Shown: piece by piece, positions 12,501 to 24,551 of the stretch
Numbering within the stretch: position 1 is the stretch's first letter
Layout of the letters: each line of letters opens with the position of its first letter
Source: Tubulanus polymorphus
Taxonomy: Eukaryota; Animalia; Nemertea
Direction: 5' to 3'
Length of the DNA: 64,000 nucleotides
NCBI RefSeq assembly: GCF_964204645.1
Contig: NC_134029.1
Location: 23,554,950-23,618,949, forward strand
Notes under the pieces: model-generated
What the model was told of the DNA's origin: nothing
The model's database searches: none
What the model saw: the letters and a program-made list of their open reading frames with translations, nothing else
Translations under genes and position numbers: made by a program

Positions 12501-15500
12501 CCAATTCCCACAATTCGGTTTCAGTTCAGATTTATAACTTCGAACTGATTTAAGTTCTCGCCTCCAAGTAAACATTGATTGTTTACACCAATATGACAGC
12601 TTAAAGTCCATATTCACTATTTGGTTACTTATACAGCCATGACCTCCATTTCAACGTGAATTCATACAGACTGTGTCCAGAGTTATAAAATAGATGTTAT
12701 AGAACATGGCGGCGATTTCGAGGTACGAATTAACCGCCCTCGAGAATACTTAGCCACGAACACACGAGCGTTTTTTCCCGGGCCTAGTAACAATGAATGA
12801 TTAATTTCAGGTAAAAAATTCGTCCAGCATCTTGCTTTGAAATATTTTGTAAATCCTTTTACACTTCTTCTTACAGTAAATTTATAAACTTATATAGTCT
12901 AACTGATTGTTCTAACTGAGCAATTTATACTCACTCCGTATTCTTACCTGTCAAAATTGTCCCTATCTCGAAACTGCCCCATTCTACAAAAATCATCAAC
13001 ATACCAGGCACGGCAAGAGAACAAAATGACCCCCAGTCATACAAAGCTTCCACGGTGAAACCTGAAATGCAGCACAGTTATTCAAACATTCGGAAAAGTA
13101 TTTTCAGGTTTGATTTGAGCTCAAAATCCGCCTTTTAGAATATTGCGTTAATTCTCACCATTCCACGATTCCTTAAACGTTTTTGATCGTAGCATATAAA
13201 CTGAAGTTACGGCCACCATTGCCATGTAGCCAATTGACTGTGACATCGCTGAACCCCTGAAACATTCATATTTACCCTACAGCATGGTTTTTTTAAAGTT
13301 TTTAGCGAAAATGAGATAAGCAATTTATACTCACTCCGTATTCAGGTCTAGTACTATAACAAGAATAGCGTTCGCGATGGCGTTCACAGCAGCTCCGATA
13401 GCGCCGAACATAATGGGCGGGAAAATAACATTCTGAAACAGATAAGCTTTTCTTTATCAGCGACAGATTTTTTTCGTTTCTAATATCGTAACCAATCCTA
13501 TCTATAACGTATACCGGACACAGTCCAGACATTGTTTTCCGCTTTCTTGATCGACACTTCATTATTCGATCATTAGATGCGGAATATGGCGTTAATTCAT
13601 AAACGCTCCTTCAATTAACGATACTATTCATGTAAACACATCTTACCTGATTATAAAGAAATTTGCATTGTGCTTGATATATATAGTTAAACTGAAAAAG
13701 AAAATTACGGTAAATGGTTCTTACTTTATTACAAAATAATTTATAATTGCATGACTCATGCAAAACTCATAGTTTTAACTTACGAACAATCCCGGCATGA
13801 AATATAGTATATAGTCTCCCGCAACACTACAAAAGAAAAATTAATTACAACAGCTTTGCTTATTATGATCTAGATAAAATGGATGAAAAAAGTCTTTGCC
13901 TTTTTCTCCATATTTAATCATGTTAATGGAACACGGCGGGACGACCTGGAGGAGATTTTAGATATCACGTTTAACGGGACTCGTGATGCTTCGCCAACGC
14001 ACCGACAAGAATGTATATACAAAAATCGGATTGGAAATCCGTATTCTTGCTGTATGAAGGAAACCGGGTGAAGTTGATTCCCCTTGTTGACTATACCGAT
14101 AGCCGCGATCACATGGGGGCGACTTGGCCCGGTCAAATTGTCACGGCATCAGGCCCGAGTCAAATTTGGCCCTGATTAGAGAACGCTTTCACACGTAAAC
14201 AACTCACTCGATACTAAACAATGCTTGAACAAAACGAAGTCACTTTGAGAACATGTAGCAATTCATACGCAATGATTTGACCTGTGCTAAAATTTGGCTC
14301 GGGCCTGGTACAACGTTTTTGGTCGGTCCAAACAGGTATGGGCCCATCTTGCACCCGTGTAAACACTTGTTCCGGGCCCAAAATGCTCGCGTGATCGTGG
14401 CTAATGACGTCACGGTCCAGGATTGATAATCGCGGGCTGAACTAAAGTGAAGCTAACCATGAATCGTGTTTAAACACTTACATCGAAACGATCCGATCCT
14501 GACCAATCAGTACAAGCAGTGGTGTTATATTCAAATGAAGCATATAGCAGGGTATCAGAAATAGTAACATCACCATTATACCTAGAAACATATTCTTAAA
14601 GGTTATCATAAACTTTTGCAAATACTTAGTTAAAAGATTTTTAAATCAGGGCCTACATGAAATTAGTCTGTATTGCCATAAATATGAAAATGGTCTGTAA
14701 AAGTTGTAATGGAGCAATTGATTTGCCTTACCTCTTTGTAGGTAAACACCTATACGCATTTTGTTATTGCCTCCATATGTCTGCAACATGTAAAACCCAC
14801 ACACAGTTATATTAGCAAAGATGCGATCAAACAACTATAACAATTACAACAACAGTTATCAGAAAGGTAATATTTACACGTGTATTTAGTTTACCTGTGA
14901 TATCAAAGTGTCAAGAGCTGTTCCTAAGCCTAGTGCTATAGCTATGCCAAAAACATTAACCACCTGTGGAAGATAAGATATAGCATTTTTTGTTATATAT
15001 CTGAGAAACAAATATTATGGCTGTACTAGGCAGAGACATGTATAACGGAATACATGGGAGATATCCAACGATAACTTATCAAAAGATGTAAAGTTTTTCA
15101 GTAAAAGAGTAATATATTTTGAGCGACGTTTCGGCTGCTAAGGCTATTCGCTTTCATCGGGCGTGTACATACACAAGGAACGAACAAAGGGTGATAAAAA
15201 AAACGTTTTAAGGAGAAAACGGATTGAAGTTATTTAAAACAAAGACCCGGAAAAAATAGTTAAGCAGAGACAAAAACGGCAAATTGAATTATTGTGGGAT
15301 TTCATGGATACTGCGTATCACATCGACGTGTGTATAACTAAACTTACTGTATTAGCTAAAGCGGCACCTCCGAGTCGTTGTTTTCCTAGGCGACCACAGA
15401 AAATAAGGCTTATAGGTCCCATTACGAAATTAGCTAACGAAGTTAAAACCTAAATCATGAAAATACATGTATATTCAATAGGTTCGGCATACCGAGATTG

Positions 15501-15877
15501 GCATAGTGTAAACAACATAGACAAATAAATACCATAGGCCAGGCGATTTTTAGGATTTCAATAACTTCAATACGTAACCACTCTGGGACACGTCTACAGC
15601 AGGTACAGGGAGGGGGTTTATAAGAAACCTCTTCATCATCTGAAAGAAAAATTCGCAACCGAATGATGACATTATCAAGAAGAAGTCCCACAATGTATAT
15701 AAGATTCATATGTTACATAAGTTTTTTTTAACGAATCGGTTGATTCTATTGAATGTCATATGCCTAATTTCACTAAACATAAGTAATACCTTCAGATATC
15801 TCTGCCACAGTGCCATAAGTTCCGTGATTGGATTCTGGCATTGATTTGCCAATTAGTGAACTCCGTTCCTCTGACAT
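9515..15877 (-). CDS. Multi-exon MATE-family (SLC47A-like) multidrug/cation antiporter
   Basis: Exons encode ILKIAWPM, LIFCGRLGKQRLGGAALANT, LGLGTALDTLISQ/TYGGNNKMRIGVYLQR, LAVPGMLMIFVEWGSFEIG, IPLGFSIAANIRTGQFLGSG, GVLRGCARQGIGA and GIWWGL. The last exon (9515-9873) carries the metazoan extra TM13 (LLFKRCLTMLLILLCLGLSIYTRF). Probable ATG at 15877. Confidence 0.9.
9968..10194. mobile_element. Degenerate MITE copy related to the 14100-14403 element, opposite orientation
   Basis: Ends AAGCCGTGATCAC...GTGAGATAGCGGCTA; internal AAATTTGACTCGGGCCTGAT is the reverse complement of ATCAGGCCCGAGTCAAATTT at ~14148. Confidence 0.65.
12221..12402. repeat. Palindromic MITE-like repeat (GGGGCC-start family; related-looking sequence at ~781-830)
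   Basis: Central hairpin CGAGCAATTATCTG-AA-CAGATAATTGCTCG; starts GGGGCCGGATTCCA and contains ACTTAAGACC, similar to CTGGGGCCAGTTTCA...ACTTAAAGACC at 781. Confidence 0.4.
14100..14403. mobile_element. MITE with ~13-bp TIRs (possibly PIF/Harbinger-like) in a MATE intron
   Basis: TAGCCGCGATCAC ... GTGATCGTGGCTA inverted termini; second copy at ~9968-10194. Confidence 0.65.
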
Positions 15878-17712
15878 TGTTCGTCGTCTACTATCAACTG
15901 TCCTATCGGAATAAGTTTATTTAGGACGTATAACGCGACGCCGACGGCTAGCTGAGCTGCTTACGAATTAGCTGAACTGGTTTCTTACTAATCTTTCATA
16001 AAGCTATAGCAGTGTGCAATGTAAGTACAAGTACACGTGTTCGCGCAGGCCCCTAAACCTGAACTTAATTGGTTCGTTGTTCTGTAGGGCATTATGAAGG
16101 CCCATTGAGTACCGGTATTACAGTCATAGACATCATGTGACTTTGTTGCGCGTTTTTATTGTTCATGCTGTTCTCATAAATAGCTCTGGATATTTTACAT
16201 GTATTTGCATCAGAAGAGATAATGGCATATTTTCAAATCATTTTCACTCAGTAATAATTAAGTTTTCTAGTCAAAATATATATTTGCTCTTTTTACTCAT
16301 TTCTCTCAATAGTTTTCCTTCTTACTTTTTTCAGGAAACGATTTTGGAAAATATCAGATTCATAAACAACGAGCTGGCGGGCATTCCCTTTCGAACGATT
16401 GCGCGTGGAATGGCCCAGAAATGTTTTTTCTGTTATTCTATTTCTCGATGTTGACTCGTGATTGAATGATAATTGATTTACTTGTGATTGAAATGTGCCC
16501 GTAATTTAACTATTTAATAGATCCGGTAATTTTTTCTAGTCTCTTCGAATCTCGTTTTTGAGGATAGGGTTGCGGACACTATTCCGAAGTCTTTTGGCTT
16601 AAGATAAACACCTAGTCTAGTACCTAGCCGTCGTTCTACAAACAACCGGTTGTAGGAAACTGGTAACAACGACTGGTATTCAGACTAATAAAGACACCAT
16701 AAAATGCCAAGTGTTTTGCATAGACATCGGTAAATGTCACTGCACATGGTCTTCTCAGACTTGTGAGCTAATCGAATATAAGACGTAAGAATGCCATCCC
16801 ATCATTTGAATTGTCGCCGCGCCTCTTCACGCTAATCTCAGACACAATCCTGACATCTAAGTCGAGAAACATGAATCAATAAACGCCTTCGGACCAAATG
16901 AATCTAAGGCATTTGTCCAGTTTCGCGAGTTTAATAGCAACAGGTCATAATGTTTTCTGTTGTTAAGCTGTTTGTGGCAGGACGTCACCGGAAGCAACAA
17001 AACGAATGATATATATGAAGATTAGACATCAGATGCCGGAAGATAAATGTATAATTGCTTTGTTCATTTATTTTATCCTTCGCGTAGGAAAAATAATTAT
17101 GAAGGCCGAATTAACGTGGCATAATTAACACTCTCCAGAAATTATCGCTCTAACTATGGTTTGCTTAGTAGGTATAGTACTAAACTAAAGGGGTTCGCTT
17201 CTAGCTAGATCGCGCCATTTTCTAGCTCTTTTTCCTTGGCGAGTTAGTAAAAATATTCCGCCACGGTCAAGTACTTCTATGTTTAGTCTAGGTGCGTAGC
17301 TACATACCTTAGTTATAATTACACTAAGGCCTTATAATAAGCGTAATAGGGAGAGGCGCTCCCACTTCCTCAATACGTACACTTTTAATCGCTTATACAA
17401 TTATTGGCTAATCAAACTCGGAAGCCAATCTACGAATACGTTACCATTATCCATCAGGGCCAGAGATTAGATTTCCGGTGGTATCATTCGCCGATAAAAC
17501 GTCTTCTATGAATAGACCAAGAAACATGACAGATAAAACCTGTTTCAAAATATCACCACAACAATCTTTTAATTCAACTTCTCATATAACATTCTCACTC
17601 AACATATTCAACTACCAACAATTACCGCCAAAATTTACAAAGTATTCAAATCAGACACATTAACATGATCATCAATTATCAATTCATATCTTAATTAATA
17701 CAATACGATTTA

Positions 17713-19066
17713 TTATAGGATTACGCATTTAGCAGTAGCTGAATTATTGTATATATTTGTATCACTTAGTCGGCGATTGTCACTACTGTGTTGTCTTTTG
17801 ATATTTGAAAGACTATACGAACATTTCACTGATCCTGACCGAGATTTCCACGATGAGCTTTTCTTACAAATGTCACTTTTTACTTCGATATGCAGGGCTT
17901 CGGTTAATAACTCGAGAAATAAACTCTGAATGTTGATATTGTACATGGCGCAACTTTCCATATAAACGCAGTTTAGTCTTTCAGAAGCCATTTGACTTGC
18001 CTTGTCGAAATCAACCTGCCTATAACAGTTTAAATCCGTCTTGTTCCCGACGAGCACTAGCGGCACGCTATCTCTACCTACAAAATACGACATCATTTAA
18101 TGATTAAAACAAAATATAATATAGTATAGTAAAAGTCTTTTCTGATTGAAATGTTGTATCACTCTATGTATTACGTGGCCATTTACTGATTGGTAAAGAC
18201 ATTTTTTGTCGTAAATTTCATCTTATTTGGAGATTGTCTGCGGCAGTCATGTGAATGATGTTTGACTTTTAACGTTCTTGGAAATAGGATATGTTTTCTT
18301 TTTTGCTTGTAGGTTTGCTCACAAATTCAAATGATCAAAACACCCACGTATCTCGTGTAACAACTACACGTGAGTTGGGGGATGAAATGTCCTCAAGCGA
18401 ACTAAACAGAACATCACGTCAAAGATATAGATCAGGAAGTTTTTTTTTACGCGAGATTGATTCATCGCGTTACTATTCAATCGCAGACAATCGGTCAAGA
18501 ACTTGCAAGAAAATTATGAATTTTAATAGCAATAATTTTCTATTTTTTTTTAAATAATAGTAATAATTTTCCGTATGAAATGTGAGACGCACCTTTGAAC
18601 TTAATGATGAGTTCTCCTAGTTTCAATGCTTCATCAAAAGATGCCTCGTTGTTGATGGCAAAGACCAGTATAAAAGCTTGCCCGGTACGTATGCATAGTT
18701 CTCTCATGGCCGGAAACTGATGCGAACCTGCCGTGTCCAGAATTTTCACAGTATGAAAGAATCCATCTAGAAAAAAGTGAAGAGTGTCATCAGATTTCAA
18801 GTTCCATTGAGTTTTTTACTTATCTACGGAAATTATTTTCTTCGAAGCTAGAAAATATTTTTCGATATGCCTTATTTTTGTGAACACGAACAAAAACAAT
18901 ATGAATCTTGAATTGCCTTACCTCCCAACTGTACGACATGGCGATAACAATCTTCTATAGTCGGATCATAATCGACTGGAAAAACTCCGCTGATAAATTG
19001 TGAAATCATAGAAGTTTTGCCGACACCTCCAGCTCCTAATAGTACGACAGAATAGTCTGGAATCAT
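17713..19066 (-). CDS. Ras-family small GTPase, DIRAS/RASD (Rhes)-like; exons 19066-18922, 18766-18593, 18077-17713
   Basis: G1 GAGGVGKT, G2 YDPTIED, G3 [12 protein letters not shown] (DIRAS/RASD signature), G4 NKTD, C-terminal CaaX CVIL; GT-AG junctions are in frame. Confidence 0.88.
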
Positions 19067-20194
19067 GATTTCACTGCGCTGCAAAACTGACGTTTTGTGA
19101 TGTTCTTTTGTGTGTAACCGGTATTAAATAGCACATGCGACAACTCGGCTAAGCCAATCACCGCCTGTCGACTGTAGCGCACGTGAGAATATAACACAGT
19201 TTCCTGCTCCAGGCACATTTCATCAGTGTGTCCGTTGCATGTCTTTCATACTGAATTATATTCATCGCCATCGAATTCAATTCATTCGGGAAATAAGAAC
19301 TAGAAAAACGAAAAAAGCGGGTGAATTTTTTTCTAATTCCACAGGCCTATAGATTAATGTTGCAGTTTAATTCAATATCATCGACGTTCCAAATATTTCA
19401 TAAATTTCACTTCAATTTTAATTCTATTTCTTTACTGAATTCAGTAAAAATCTCGATCTCTATAGCGATTTTTTTTTCTTTACTTGCCTTTTCGTGCGTC
19501 CCTTATTTCGAATGATGTTAAGAATGAAATGAAATAACAAATAAGATCAAATTTTCTTTAGATATCGGCTCCATTCGCACATTTAGAATGATATTTCGAC
19601 TAAATTAGGTGAAAGTTTTCCAAGGATAAATATATCAGGTGTGTTGGTAGAAAAGAGATTTACCGTGTATAAATAGTGTAGTTCACATTATCTTCTGTGT
19701 GACTCGATACTTGTGGGAGGGCAACCTTGAACAAACCCTTGCCCTGAAAATGATTCTTCACGCGTCGGAGTCGTTCAAAGAACAACTTGAGATCGCTTTA
19801 TGTCGGATAAAATGTCAGGGCTTTCGTGGATAGATTCCAAAACAATAAAGTTGTTGGTTAGTGAAAATTACTGGAATCGGTGCGCGAGGGGTGAGAGACT
19901 GGTGTCACTTGGAGTAGTTCTCCGGCCAAGGCTGCCCTTATCCACAGTCTGACTTAACTCTGAGTTGGGCTAACGCGATCGAAATTGGGTTAGGCTAGTT
20001 GAACCCGAGTCCAGTCACTCGAACGGGGGAGGTTATCTACTAGTCGTACTCCCGCTTCATTTTTCTTTCCACGCAGAACCGGATCGATCGAACAGCTCCG
20101 TTGCCGCACTGCTCCGAACCACCAGCGTACCCGCGGGACTCTCCTGGCTTCTACTGAGGCCGTTAGCCGCAAAGTAGGGAAACCAAAAAGCATC

Positions 20195-22040
20195 ATGGCG
20201 GCTCGAGCTGCGATGAAATTCGGAGGAAATTTGAAAGAATTACGAATTCATTTATGTCAGAAGTCTGCATCCAGTCAAGGCGTTAGGTAATGATGTGGTA
20301 GTTTTTTTAGAGTTTGATTATTTCATGTTTCTAATCCGAGTGAATTGTAAAAATAATTGAGCAGTTTGTGGTGCAATGTAGTTGTCATCAATTCAATTAA
20401 TTACTATATTGAAATTGATTCTGTGCCTGACTGCAGCAGTTCCGATACTGTAAATGTTTATCGAACCGAAGTACCAAATGTATTGTGAATATTGGGTAGA
20501 CTACGATCCAGCGGTAAAAGTGCAGATCCGCGCCTCTCGTGATTGACGCAATCTGCTGAATGACAGAATCCAGGCTAAAATCTTTCTACTCTCTCTCTCT
20601 AGTGAAGATATCTTAAAATTAGCCAATGGCAATTTACTGAATTGCTGATGACATTTTGAATCTGAAACAATGATATTTAATGTAATTGATTGCACCGTTT
20701 ACGCGGAGAGGTGCGGATCTGCACTTTTACCCGATCCAGCCTGTCTGCTTAGTTGGGCATAAAGTGAGGGAAGCAAAAGCCGAAAGTGAATCAAAAGCGA
20801 AGGGGGAGGGATGCAAGGTCATCATCGGTAATTCCGGAAGGGTTGGTGCTGTCTCTCAGTGTCCATAATACTTAAAGATCAATCACTATGGGATATCAGC
20901 AACACTACTGAGATAAGTGAGGATTCAGCGATAATCTGCCAGATCGCTAGTGACACTTTGGTTACCTCACTTCAATTTCCTTCTACATTTCAATTAATCT
21001 ATTTTTCTCATTAGTGAAATCAATTATCAGTGAAATCTGTACAATGCACTGCGTGAGAAAGTGGATCTCGTTTGATAATTTTCAGATTTGAAAGCCTAAG
21101 TCTATTTAGTTCCAATTTCATAATTGAAATTGATTTTCATTACGAATGACCCAGTGTTTTGTTGCGCCATCTAGTGGTGCCTACTGCCAGTATCCCATTC
21201 AATTGATTGTTTGTTGCTCTGTAATATAGTTTTTATGCGTTTTCTAACAATTGTGAAATTAATGTTGACTTCTTCCTTTTTGCAGAGATTTCATTGAAAC
21301 CAGTTACGTCCCTATGAAAAAATCGAACCCAAGGTTTCCTATTCTAATCAGGGAGTGCAGTGGTATTGAACCAAAGGTCTACGCCAGATATGGTATGTAT
21401 TGATCATGCATGGTTTTGGTTTTTTTCTCTCGGTGCTATAGATTTTAAGATGTATTTCGTAAAAAAAAAAAACATTAATCCGCTCTTAAACGATTTTACT
21501 GGGTTAATCTGGACTGCGCCACCAATCAATCGATAAACCATTCGTCCAATATATGGTCAGAACTTCACCTGAGAAGACATTTTTAATTGAAAATGAACTA
21601 CAAACACCAGACATTAGACATTTTATCAGCACACTTTCAATAGCTGATCGTCCACACTTCACATGTGCTCATGACAGACTTCACATTCACATGAGACATT
21701 TGGACTTAAATGAACTATAAACACCAGACATTAGACATTTTATCGGCACATTTTCAAAAACTGATCCTTACACTTCACATACATGTGTTAAACTTCACCC
21801 AAGACATTTTCTGATTGTCAAAACTTGACACCAAATTAGTGAATGTCCGAAAAAGGCCTGGGATTAATACTTACATTAGAAGTGTGATTGAACTTGTGAT
21901 TGATTTTGACATTGTTTAAAAAAGGTTTCCTTTTGTTTTAATTTTCAGAATTTGGTAAAGAAAACAGTTCAATTTTATCCGGTATGACAAAAGATCAAGT
22001 TTTACAGCAAATTGAGCAGTTAACTAATAAAACTAGCTGA
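20195..22040 (+). CDS. NDUFA2: NADH dehydrogenase 1 alpha subcomplex subunit 2; exons 20195-20286, 21286-21392, 21949-22040
   Basis: Spliced product [71 protein letters not shown]... matches the NDUFA2/B8 motifs ELRIHLCQ and PILIREC. Not in the ORF track because the exons are short. Confidence 0.95.
20513..20731. mobile_element. MITE with 26-bp TIRs and 9-bp TSD (Merlin- or MULE-like) in NDUFA2 intron 1
   Basis: GGTAAAAGTGCAGATCCGCGCCTCTC (20513-20538) and GAGAGGTGCGGATCTGCACTTTTACC (20706-20731), flanked on both sides by CGATCCAGC. Confidence 0.85.
21164..21177. promoter_or_regulatory. Candidate CTCF-binding site
   Basis: GCGCCATCTAGTGG is the reverse complement of CCACTAGATGGCGC, matching the CTCF core consensus. 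Confidence 0.4.
21560..21810. repeat. Two diverged ~115-bp tandem copies in NDUFA2 intron 2
   Basis: AAATGAACTA(C/T)AAACACCAGACATTAGACATTTTATC(A/G)GCACA occurs at ~21591 and ~21708. Confidence 0.7.
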
Positions 22041-22488
22041 ACAAAAAGCACTCCTTCATTTGCTTCAGATTTGTAGAATGTTATTGAGATATTCATAAGC
22101 ATTAAATTATTAGTTTGTTGTAGTTGGCGTTTGATAATAAAGCAATTCGTTGGATATGTGACTAGTTCAGAGTAGAATTGATTATCGAAATAAATGTATA
22201 TGTAAAATCCACTATCATTGATTGTTTGGATATGAAGGATTTTATTTATAAAAAGTCAAATTGATGAGGACAAGTCGCCCAGGCACCGAAGATCACGAAC
22301 ATGCCCAAGAAAACATACTCGAAACAACTAAGGATATTTCACAACATCTTTACTCGATCGTGTTACTCGAGATAATTACAGGATTCGAACCCAATGACAC
22401 GGCAACTACCCTATGTTTTAATACATGTATACTTAGTATAGGTTCACGCAAATATTTGAATATACGATATATCGCATGACGATAATGA

Positions 22489-24551
22489 TTAAAAGTCTAA
22501 CTCGTATTGGAATGGTATGTCGTATGCCTTCATAGCCTCCTTGTAAAATTCATCAAACGCATCATTCTGCATCACTGTGAAATGCGTTTTCCAGTCGCCA
22601 ACCGTTCCTGAAAATCAGTAAATGGCGAATATCTCAAATTGATGAGACTTCATTTAATTTCAAGATTGTCTCGGTAGATCTTTATCAAATGTGCAATATG
22701 TCTACACTCCTCAAATCTGATGAAATGAGAGCAGTAATAAATGTCTGGATGATTAGGAATATGGATATTTTGCACCCAATTCATTAACATCGTTATAGAG
22801 AGCAATACTACTATCTACTTACTCCTTGATAAACTGTAATCGTAATCAGTTAATGTTTATATGTATATATACATGTATGTGCTTGGTGGCACATATTACC
22901 TTTTCGCAGTAATGGAGACACCTTGGCGTTGATGGAATACACATCTAAGTGGTTTGTCATTGGATTAGTTTTCATACTATCGAATGAACAATGTTCAGCT
23001 ATTTGTTTTATCGTCTCCGGTGCCAGTGATTTATTGAGAAATTTCGATATGTCTCTCACCGATTCTTCTAAATCCTGAAATGATATTTGATTAAATACGA
23101 TAGTCTTTAATGGTAATCATGAATAAAACGATCAGCCGTCATTGAGCAACGTGCTTCGTACGCGATAGATTCCTTATGTTTTCATCGACAAAACGTTCAC
23201 TTAAAAGTGCGGATCTACAAACCCGTTTCATATCCTCGTAGAAAATAATTTTCAGGTTAGGATTATCTGATTTATCCCACCAACTTTTCGTGAAATCAAA
23301 CCACGAACCGTGATCAACTACAAAAAAAAACAATAGGTCTACCATCGAATGAAACAAGAATCTCATCCCGGTGGCTGAGAGGCATGTAGGCCCTACAGGT
23401 ACTTACCGTGTCCACTCTTAAACATCTCAAGAAATTCTTCCCAACTTCCCTTATAATTTCCAAAGGAGGAGCTTGATTTGTAGAAATGGTAATACGAGAC
23501 GCAGACATCCTTCGGGTTTCTGAACAACACGAGCATCTAATAATTAAAAACATCGTTGTAGATAATCTAATGATAGAATTAAACTTTCACATCACGATAT
23601 TACAAAAATATAGATAGATATAAGTTAGATTCAGGTATCACACCACAAAGAATGTTAGAATAATGTATCTTATTTATTTCTCACAATTAAAAATAAAAGG
23701 AATTTTTTGTAAACTATTTTGTAAAGATGTTGATTTTATGTGTAGTGAAAATACACTATTACCTTAAAGAAATTTTACTTAAGAATTTGGGACATTTTTC
23801 ATCAGAAATTATGTCTGTATGCCTAATTAAAGGTGTTCTTTTAAAAAGAACAGCCAACAGTACGGAGCAAAAAAAATACCGTAGTTAATGACCCCGACTT
23901 TACCTTGGCTTTTTCAGTCCACAGTTGTGTTGGTGCCAGACGAACTGGTAGATGTGTCTTCATGACACGAGGACGAGGCGTCTGAGCGGCGAGGTCCAAA
24001 CCTATTTCATTTAGGATTTCATCTTTAAACTCAATGAACGGAGATCTGAAATAAACTTGTTTCTGTTTAGCTCCAGCGATGTCTCCATCGTTCATTATAA
24101 GCCATACCACTTCTTGTAACCATGTCGTTCCTGCAATAAACCACGGAAAAAAACGTCAGACACCGAAATAGATTCAGCTTTTAATTAGCGACTCTATTGA
24201 GCATCGCTATATTGGTGAAATCTCTTCTGAATTTGAATCCACAACGGTTTTTTAGTCTCGTTCTATTTCTAGCATCGCCCACTCATTTGAAACACAGACA
24301 GACGCCGTTAAAATGTCACGAGCCCTACATCAAAACTATTTAAAATTTCCAGCAATTCAGTGATGCATTTTATTCAAATGAATGGTTAAGATCAATTGAC
24401 CTGCTTTCGGGTATGTTATCAGCATTGCATCATCAGCAAATATCTGGAAATCCTTCACCGCATTCAGAGTATCAGCCGGTGTCCAACCGAAAAACAAAAC
24501 CCCTTCATAGATATGCTCTCCGGGTAAAACGTGACTGAACTGCCCAGACAT
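22489..24551 (-). CDS. Cytosolic sulfotransferase (SULT1-like), six coding exons
   Basis: 5'-PSB motif TYPKAGTTWLQE, RSPFIEF, PRVMKTHLP, RNPKDVCVSYYHF, GSWFD, FYEDMK, FDSMKTNP and LRKGTVGDWKTHFT; stop TAA at 22491-22489. Confidence 0.93.
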
